DNA of 8,259 bases from Oopsacas minuta (taxonomy: Eukaryota; Animalia; Porifera), in contig JAKMXF010000139.1 in NCBI GenBank assembly GCA_024704765.1, forward strand, positions 1-8,259. Reading direction: 5' to 3'. Below are positions 1 to 6,751 of the stretch, one piece after another (position 1 is the stretch's first letter; each line of letters starts with the position of its first letter). Made by a program: the position numbers and the translations under genes. The notes under the pieces were generated by a model. The model was not told the origin of the DNA. It searched no databases and saw only the letters and a program-made list of their open reading frames with translations.

Positions 1-84
1 CAACTCATTTGTCAGCCATCTACAATGAGGTCTGGATGTATCCGCGACACATTATCCATGGTTCAAAAGCAATTAATCAGTAAT

Positions 85-367
85 TCAGGATTTTAAGTAC
101 ACAAAGCAGAATGGAGAATCTGTAACTATGGAATAAGTGAAGTCATCTTGTCCATCTAAATCGGTTACAGAGAGTAGCTGTCCAACAGCTGATCCAACAG
201 GCACGTCAGCTGACATTGTTTTAGAAAATGGATCTATAGCAATGACTGGGAATGTTCATTCACATTCCTGAGATAGACGGTTGCTAGGGATGTGTCCTGG
301 CTCTGTACTTCAATACTTCCAATTATTGAGAGTTTTACGATAACAGAAAATGTGCAATTTGTGTTAC
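85..367 (-). CDS. Cadherin exon with frameshift; 3' boundary uncertain
   Basis: Acceptor ccaaag| at 368 gives DFDSG|NTNCTFSVIV...LATVYLRNVNEH, a frameshift at 248-250, then PVIAIDPFSKTMSADVPVGSAVGQLLSVTDLDGQDDFTYSIVTDSPF. The frame ends at TGA 87-85; no clear donor was found. Confidence 0.78.
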
Positions 368-550
368 CTTTGGATAGAATATATTAACACTTGGGAATGT
401 GTCGCTTGTCATAATTTGAATTCATTAAGGTTCCAATATGAAAGTGTCAAAATGTGTCCTTGTATCACAATTTAAATATCATTAAATGGTAAGTCGAGTC
501 CAGATTGAAACAAAATGTGTCTTATTGCCACAATCTAACATCTAACTCAC

Positions 551-772
551 CAGAATCAAAGTCAAATGGCCTTTCCTGGTTACTAATTTCTCCCGTGGAA
601 GTGTCCATCTGAAAAAGCACTTCAGATTGTGGCGCAGAGTACAGAAATGAATTCGTAGCCATAATTGAAGTGTTTCTATTAGCTGCCACAAATCCAATTT
701 CAGTGTGAAGTGTCACGTCCTCTCTGAGGAGGAAGTGGTACTCTGTTTGTTGGAATATTGGATTCTCTGGTT
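551..772 (-). CDS. Cadherin exon (phase 1-1, 222 nt)
   Basis: Branch-like CTAAC plus pyrimidine tract and attctag| at 773, donor G|gtgagt at 550. Encodes PENPIFQQTEYHFLLREDVTLHTEIGFVAA...LFQMDTSTGEISNQERPFDFDS; overlaps ORF 522..716. Confidence 0.85.
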
Positions 773-892
773 CTAGAATAGGGCAATGGGTCAGTTAGCT
801 GTCTCTCCAAAGGTGTGAATATCCCTAACCACAGATGGCACCCAATGTGACACTTTAAAATGGCACATATATTAACCAAATTATGAACTAAC

Positions 893-1084
893 CATCTGGA
901 GTGCGGGCAGCTATGACAGTAATTTCTATAGTGGCATTTGTTGATTGAGGTGGCACACCAGAATCTGTAGCCACTACTTCATACATAGTTACACCAGGTG
1001 TGAAAGTGGTTGAAGTGGTTATGTCATCTTCCTCTGTTACTGAAATAGGGCTAGTTCCATTTCCAGGTGGTGTTATTGAATAAC
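893..1084 (-). CDS. Cadherin exon (phase 1-1, 192 nt)
   Basis: Acceptor gtttag| at 1085, donor G|gttagt at 892. Encodes YSITPPGNGTSPISVTEEDDITTSTTFTPGVTMYEVVATDSGVPPQSTNATIEITVIAARTPD (DxGxPxxS motif). Confidence 0.85.
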
Positions 1085-1252
1085 CTAAACATTAACCAAT
1101 CAAATACGAGGGTTACTAACCAAAAAGGCGCCAAAATATATTGAAAAGGCGGGAGTATGAGCGGAGAAAGTAAAATTGTAAATTAATAGACTTATGATTA
1201 TAGAAACATAATAAAGCAGTTGGAATGCTGTGTTATATGTAATACAACTTAC

Positions 1253-1460
1253 TAATGCAATTATAAGGATTCCCATCAATATCTACGGCTGATACATATC
1301 CAATTAGTGAATCAGCTGTTTGATCCTCTGTGAAAGTGAATTCGTAACTACCAGATGATACCATAGGAATGTTGTCATTAATGTCTGTAATAAATATTGT
1401 TATGTTTGTTGTGGCAAGGTAGTCGTGAGTTTAGAATGTGTAAGTAGTACTTATCTGGAA
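1253..1460 (-). CDS. Cadherin exon (phase 0-1) containing a premature TAA
   Basis: Acceptor attcag| at 1461 (alternative ttccag| at 1455, same phase), donor A|gtaagt at 1252. Encodes FQISTTYTF*THDYLATTNITIFITDINDNIPMVSSGSYEFTFTEDQTADSLIGYVSAVDIDGNPYNCI. Confidence 0.82.
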
Positions 1461-1527
1461 CTGAATTGGAACTAAAATATTATTCGTAAAAACAACAATA
1501 AATAAACAACAATTTTTGATTGGTTAC

Positions 1528-1785
1528 GTGAAGGAATGTCTCGTAATCTGGCGCGTCAATTACGGTTATAACATTATAATTAGCGTCAATACTAAACTTG
1601 TTAGTTCCAATTACAGAAGGGGTTAAAATGATACCAACCTCATTTGTAATAGGATTCAAATTACCAATTATCTCTCCAGCTGAAGTGTGTTCTGGAACTA
1701 GGAATGTATAATCAGCTGGGGAGAATACTATTGGTGGAATAGGTGTAAAAACTGTCAACACTTCACAGGTAAACACAAATATGAT
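1528..1785 (-). CDS. Cadherin exon (phase 0-0, 86 codons)
   Basis: Acceptor ttttag|ATC at 1786/1785, donor CAC|gtaacc at 1528/1527. Encodes IIFVFTCEV...DYTFLVPEHTSAGEIIG...FSIDANYNVITVIDAPDYETFLH; overlaps ORF 1480..1776. Confidence 0.8.
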
Positions 1786-2223
1786 CTAAAATTAGAAATT
1801 AAAAAAAAGGTGTGAAAATATGAATATAAATACTTACAAGGAAAATACTTTATGAAATATGTATCATCGTATTACAGCTAATTATAGAAGTCTATTACAG
1901 CAAATTGGAACTTAAAGTATTATACAATATATTCAGGTGTTATAAAATGGAACTATTAATTTGGATAGTTACTATTACTGTAAAAGAATAAAATTAAGTG
2001 ATAAAAGAAGAATAAATAATAAAGAATAAGTCAAAAGTAGAAAAATAACCTAACAAGTAAATAACAACAAAGATAGGTGTGAATCAGCTGGGTAGATGTG
2101 CGCTACAAAACAGCTGATGATCTCTAATTAACAGCTGGGAGGAAGTTAATACACGCTTGCAAACAGAGCACTTTATACAAGTTATATGCATTATCTAAAA
2201 TAAATGTATAACAGCGTTACAAC

Positions 2224-2451
2224 CTGAGGGTGCACGGGGGACAGCAGGGGAACCACATGATCTCAAAATTGGATAGCAGCCCATAGGAGGGGTCCAAAGA
2301 ATTGGTATGGAAGGTCCAAGTGTGGAAAGGTTTGGAGCACTGGATTAATCATATTGTGATTTGTGTTTGTGTATTAGCAACGCACACCCAGATTTGAGAT
2401 ATGATATTTACAAACAAGGTGTGAAATCCACAAATTGTTTGTGCCAAATTC
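2224..2451 (-). pseudogene. Possible degraded exon of the same gene
   Basis: GC-richer island; one minus frame of 76 codons with two stops (TAA 2376-2374, TGA 2265-2263), ending at phase-0 CAG|gttgta. The acceptor would be a weak GAG. No recognisable domain. Confidence 0.2.
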
Positions 2452-2510
2452 CTCATCAATGAACAACGGTAAAGAATCAAGTAAACAAATCAACGAACAA
2501 ACAAACAAAC

Positions 2511-2615
2511 CCGTCCATCAGCTATGAATTTCTCAGTTGGATAAACTCTCAATTGGCAGGCAACACAAAATTCCTCTTTCGGGTGGCTTACTGCCAGTTT
2601 TCTAACAGGTACAGG
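2511..2615 (-). CDS. Putative upstream exon (phase 0-0, 35 codons)
   Basis: Pyrimidine tract plus actag| at 2616; open frame PVPVRKLAVSHPKEEFCVACQLRVYPTEKFIADGR; donor |gtttgt at 2510. Phase is compatible with the 1785 acceptor. No homology recognised. Confidence 0.4.
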
Positions 2616-2720
2616 CTAGTAAACAAAGTAAATAATAATTAAAAACAATAATTGAAAATATAAACACTCGTTGCTATGGCAGCTACTCTGGAATGTGAGA
2701 ATATTAACCAATTAAATTAC

Positions 2721-2754
2721 CTCTTGGGTTTGTTTTCTAAATTGTGTTGGACAG
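2721..2754 (-). CDS. Putative 34-nt exon (phase 2-0)
   Basis: Very strong acceptor tatttatttctttatttgtttaccttttatag| at 2755 and donor GAG|gtaatt at 2720. Reads CPTQFRKQTQE in frame with the 2615 exon. Confidence 0.45.
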
Positions 2755-2821
2755 CTATAAAAGGTAAACAAATAAAGAAATAAATATATAATGCCACTTC
2801 ATGCAACTTACACTCGGAAAG

Positions 2822-3720
2822 GTGCCCACAGGGTAAGCCCATCACTACAAACATTATCGAAACAGGTTACTACGGAAACATGGAGAGACTGAAAAATTTC
2901 TAGTGTATTTATACGTCATACCCAGCGTGTACGACAAAGATCCTTTAGTCTTGTGACCGTTGACTCAGGTTATGTTTCATGAATAGCAATCTCAAGAAAT
3001 CTTCGCGGTTTGGGATGGGTAGACCGATACTCTATCCACTACCCTCATCATATTACGAATACTGTTGACTTATACCTATAGAGACTTCAGCACAGCGAGA
3101 TTAAGAGAGTGAGAGGCACAGTGAAGATAAAATGCAAGAGGGTACTTCGTATTAATAAGTGCTGCAGTTCCTTTTATTGATCCCCCCACGTTACCAGCTG
3201 CATCATACACCTGACTTCTTAACTTAGTAATATCCAATCCATAATAGTTCAAACAACCCAATATCTTATCTGAAAGGCAACGACCAGTGATCCCAGTAGC
3301 ATCACATTCTAAGTAACTCATCAGGTCCTCCCGAACTAACAGATTCTCAGGATCTACATACAACAGTACTAGGCTCAACTGCTCTTTATCCGATATGTCA
3401 GTGATCTCACCTGAAATCACTGAAAATCATTGGAATTTCATAATTGTATTAAGAAGAATCTTGTTTCTTAGTTGGTTAGCAATGATATCAATCAATTGAT
3501 TCTTGATATTTGAAGATGTGTAAGTTGCATTTTTAGCTGCTGTGGTAAATGATTACCGAGGACTGAATCTCCTGATTTGACTCTGAATTGTAAAAGAACC
3601 CCGAAGTCTCCATGATTTTCATTGTTATCTTTCTCCAGATCAGTAGAATTGTCATGATCTCCAAGAAGTGGAATATTTTGACCATCACACAACATTATTG
3701 TGCTCACAATTGACGCTAGT
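2822..3720 (-). mobile_element. Degenerate hAT-superfamily transposase (THAP12/PRKRIR 52-kDa-repressor-like, DUF4371 region), truncated at both ends
   Basis: Stitched translation: LASIVSTIMLCDGQNIPLLGDHD...NHGDFGVLLQFRV.SGD..L.NHL / AAKNATYTSSNIKNQLIDII...Q*FSVISGEITDISDKEQLSLVLLYVD...VYDAAGNVGG..KG...YPLAFYLHCASHSLNLAV...IRNMMRVVDRVS / HPKPRRFLE...LKDLCRTRWV*RI. Has HCASH and CRTRW motifs. Lesions: frameshifts near 3545 and 3020; stops at 3429, 3075 and 2918; first catalytic Asp appears as Gly (3411-3409). Confidence 0.93.
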
Positions 3721-3900
3721 TCTTTCTAACGAGGAGCACTTAACACTCCTAAATAGAGCGTCAGAGGATCCTTTTAGGCGTATGTAATACGCTTACCTGG
3801 AGTTATTATTGTACGCCTAATTACAGGAGGGGTAAATTCTATACACCTCTAGGAGCGGATTAGTCTACTGCATAATTCACTGATCGGTTAGTACGTGTTT

Positions 3901-4486
3901 ATAATGTATTTCCCAAAGGGTACTGTATATCAGAGTTCTCCTGTAGTTCTTGAGGATTATCTTGATGGAATTGGTGATATATTATCAATTGAATACACTC
4001 AGTAGATTCTCTAGTCGTTAGCTTGTCAGAGGATTTTCGGTCGATAAATTCTTTAAAGGGTTTCAGGAGTGTAGATTCTGCACTGATAAGCTAACCTATG
4101 ATAAGAAATTTATTCCTGACAGAGATTCAATTTCTCAAATGAAGCTATAGCAATTAGCAGATCGAGGGGCGCTCAAGTATCCATCTGAGCCTGTGCTTAG
4201 CTCTGTCATTACTCTTTGGAAGATTCTGTTTGTTATTGAGGACAATGATCAGTTGGCGAATCTACTTGTACACGCTCTAGCTAGAATAATATTTGTTGAA
4301 AACACTATACAAAGAAGATGATGCAAGTAAAATCAGACTGTTATATCTGTACTGTTAGTAGATGGGATTCCTTACGTAACTAATTTTTACTACTGCTAAT
4401 TGCTTTCTTGTCTTTAAGATTAAGAACTATAATTCACTTGTGACTTGTAGAGATATAGAAAAACGTAACTGAAAATCTTCTCATGA
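3901..4486 (+). mobile_element. Degenerate P-element/THAP9-like transposase, C-terminal part
   Basis: Not in the ORF track. Stitched + frames give YLDGIGDILSIE..IL*SL / GFSVDKFFKGFQECRFC (CxxC 4070-4081) TDKLTYDK...QLADRGALKYPSEPV (4160-4186) LSSVITLWKIL / CYIC / LIFTTANCFLVFKIKNYNS...KR[K]LKIFS* (TGA 4484-4486). CxxC followed by DRGGLxYPS and a basic tail is the pattern I recall for P-type transposase C-termini; not confirmed by search. Confidence 0.68.
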
Positions 4487-4691
4487 TGTTATGAAGTGTA
4501 CTTATTATTATTGTTATTATGGTTATTTATATATATTAACTATTGTATATTCAGGAAATTGCTAATTGTGCACTTCAAACCATTTCAATAAATTGTAGCT
4601 TATACAAAAGTGTCTTTGCATCAACTTTGTATAGCAAAATAGTAAAGTTCATTCAGAATAACGATGAAATTTGTAAATTGTTTCCAATGAA

Positions 4692-4712
4692 TTAGAAGCG
4701 CGCTGCTTCTAA
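4692..4712. repeat. Short perfect inverted repeat
   Basis: TTAGAAGC-gcgct-GCTTCTAA (8-bp stem, 5-nt loop). Confidence 0.6.
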
Positions 4713-5178
4713 AATTTAGCGTCGCTCCACTTTCCTCCCCCGAATCATAAATGAAGCATGTTACTTTAATCCTCTGTGTGTAATACAAGCACTAGAAATG
4801 TGATACAAAGGTAATATTAGGTCAAATTTGAATTGTTAATCCTTAAAGCATCTCAGGTGGTGCTTTGGAGCAGCCGCTGGTCCTACTTCTATAATGGAGA
4901 GTTTTCAGTTTTTTATAAGAAATAGATTGACTTTAATGAGAGCGTCCTCATGACACTTCGTTTTTCGGCAAAACAACACTATGCATCTCCCTAAAGGAGA
5001 GTAACGTTTTCGGAAAACGAGAAATAGAAGGATAGCCCGAACTTATGGCATATTAGCATCCTCTAAATATTAAAGAACAATACTTAATATGGAAAGAAGA
5101 AATTTGTTCAAATATAACAAAATAGTTATTCAGAAGGGAACACGAATGATTGAATGAATATTAGTAAAATAGAAATTA

Positions 5179-5827
5179 TCAATATATATTGAGATGACCT
5201 CCAATACAAACTACAATAACTCTTCCTCTGTTATCTACTGTAATACCACCAGGATAAGCTATAGATATCTTGTGTATCAATTCTATTTGAGAGTTGAAAA
5301 TGGAAATGTAGTGAGAAGTATAATTTGTAGTAAGAATATTGTTAGAATTGTCAATACAGAAGAAGCAGGAATTATTCAGCTGTAACCCATCTTCCCTAGA
5401 AATAATACTCTTATGTAGAATAAGATTGTAGTTGTACAGATGAAGACCAGGATTAGATCGATCAAGAATATAAATGAATTATTTTGTAAGTTTAACATCA
5501 AGAGGGCATTTGAGGTTATCTTGTCCAAACTGTGTCTTGTAGGTAAGTTCCTTGGACAGTATCTGAATACGATTATTATGAGCATCACATATGTATACCT
5601 CTCCGTTAGATTCATCAAATGTCAGACCACGAGGATGATCAAATTCCAATTCTCCTTTCCCAGGTTTCCCTATTCTAGAAATAAACTCTCCGTTCACTTG
5701 ATAATTCAAAATACAGTGGCTACGTTGTGTAATTAGAATTTGATCTCGATATATACTTAACCCAATTGGACCATTCATCTTTCCTTCTCCTTCCTCATCT
5801 CCAAATTTAAACATAATCTTACCATTA
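5179..5827 (-). pseudogene. Intronless NHL-repeat beta-propeller gene (TRIM71/TRIM2-3-like NHL domain), C-terminal part, one premature TAA
   Basis: One continuous frame from the gap edge: NGKIMFKFG...GPIGLSI...FISRIGKPGKGELEFDHPRGLTFDESNGEVYICDAHNNRIQI...QFG...CPLDVKLTK*FIYILDRSNPGLHLYN...FFCIDNSNNILTTNY...YPGGITVDNRGRVIVVC...IY*. Internal TAA 5481-5479; terminal TGA 5181-5179. Confidence 0.92.
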
Positions 5828-6262
5828 NNNNNNNNNNNNNNNNNNNNNNNNNNNNNNNNNNNNNNNNNNNNNNNNNNNNNNNNNNNNNNNNNNNNNNNNN
5901 NNNNNNNNNNNNNNNNNNNNNNNNNNNNNNNNNNNNNNNNNNNNNNNNNNNNNNNNNNNNNNNNNNNNNNNNNNNNNNNNNNNNNNNNNNNNNNNNNNNN
6001 NNNNNNNNNNNNNNNNNNNNNNNNNNNNNNNNNNNNNNNNNNNNNNNNNNNNNNNNNNNNNNNNNNNNNNNNNNNNNNNNNNNNNNNNNNNNNNNNNNNN
6101 NNNNNNNNNNNNNNNNNNNNNNNNNNNNNNNNNNNNNNNNNNNNNNNNNNNNNNNNNNNNNNNNNNNNNNNNNNNNNNNNNNNNNNNNNNNNNNNNNNNN
6201 NNNNNNNNNNNNNNNNNNNNNNNNNNNNNNNNNNNNNNNNNNNNNNNNNNNNNNNNNNNNNN
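5828..6262. other. Assembly gap (435 N)
   Basis: Run of n characters. Confidence 1.
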
Positions 6263-6516
6263 CCACGAGGCTTTGGGGTTCAGTACGTCGAAATTCATAA
6301 TCATACATAGTCCGTCTAGTATGATAAGTCTTAAACATTTAATTTAGCCAACAAAACTGAACAAAAATATAAACTATAAGAAGACACAACTATGAAATTG
6401 TAACTTTAAATAATCCAATAGTAGTTCTAAAAATATACTCTCTATAATTCAAGAACCATGGGAAGTGGCCCAAGCATTTTACTATGTGCCTCTTGTACCA
6501 CAAGTGGCTCAAAAAC

Positions 6517-6544
6517 GTTCAAGTACTTTTGGCCAGGGAGTGTA
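6517..6544 (-). mobile_element. Isolated Tc1/mariner-like terminal inverted repeat with TA target dinucleotide
   Basis: Minus strand reads TA|CACTCCCTGGCCAAAAGTACTTGAAC, resembling Tc1-type ends (TA-CACT..TGGCCAAAAGT). The partner TIR is not visible and may lie in the gap. Confidence 0.45.
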
Positions 6545-6564
6545 ATTACTTTGACTAGGACTAG

Positions 6565-6751
6565 TGGCTTCCTTGCTAAATGAAAGAATAAATAATAATG
6601 GCTTCCGTGGAAAATGCAAGTACAGTTAAACTTCCAAATAGTGAACACCTCTAGTTAGTGAAGTGGGTCAGGATTCTGAATACAAAATAATCGGTGTCAT
6701 AGAAAAGCGTGAAAACTGTATTAATAATTAATGGCTTCCTTGTTAAATGAA
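6565..6751 (+). repeat. Dispersed 20-bp direct repeat, with a third partial copy
   Basis: TGGCTTCCTTGCTAAATGAA (6565-6584) and TGGCTTCCTTGTTAAATGAA (6732-6751), one mismatch; partial TGGCTTCCGTGGAAAATG at 6599-6616. Confidence 0.75.

Larger units (their letters stand above)
85..1785 (-). pseudogene. Spliced cadherin-repeat (protocadherin/Fat/Dachsous-like) gene fragment, about 3.5 EC repeats, probably pseudogenised
   Basis: Manual minus-strand translation joins five exons (1785-1528, 1460-1253, 1084-893, 772-551, 367-~85) by GT-AG introns with compatible phases (0,1,1,1). Cadherin motifs seen: PEH..G, PDYET, ITDINDNIP, TED..IGYVSAVDIDG, ATDSGVPPQS, FQMDTSTGEI..DFD, NVNEHxP, SVTDLDG. Lesions: in-frame TAA 1433-1431, 1-nt deletion in the GGG run at 248-250, TGA 87-85. 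Assembly errors cannot be excluded. Confidence 0.88.
811..2425 (+). promoter_or_regulatory. Five exact AGGTGTGAA copies (T-box element-like)
   Basis: AGGTGTGAA at 811, 996, 1808, 2075 and 2417, all on the + strand; matches the T-box half-site (TCACACCT). Function is inferred only. Confidence 0.3.

Noticed and set aside
1122-1152. E2F-like TTTGGCGC and repeated AAAAGGCG next to a CCAAT box in an intron
   Set aside because: Short motifs with no supporting TSS evidence; plausible by chance.
2228-2345. Collagen-like Gly-X-Y on the + strand (GARGTAGEP...GMEGPS)
   Set aside because: Only three and then two consecutive triplets, register broken, in-frame TAG; explained by local G-richness.
2486-2510. 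(AAAC)n-like microsatellite
   Set aside because: Only about three perfect units; it is the T-rich 5' end of a putative intron.
3790-4125. Minus-strand open stretch (about 60 codons) and a strong donor CCAG|GTAAGC near 3797
   Set aside because: Antisense to the P-like transposase, which explains the region better; multiple stops separate the open stretch from the donor.
5194-5736. ORFs 5194..5385 (+), 5440..5736 (+) and 5376..5618 (-)
   Set aside because: Antisense or alternate-frame shadows of the NHL gene with no recognisable motifs.
5775-6338. ORFs 5775..6338 and 5825..6304 spanning the gap, as a possible NHL N-terminus
   Set aside because: Artefacts of translating Ns. Neither is in the NHL frame at the stated gap size, and about 25 real codons are too few to assign.
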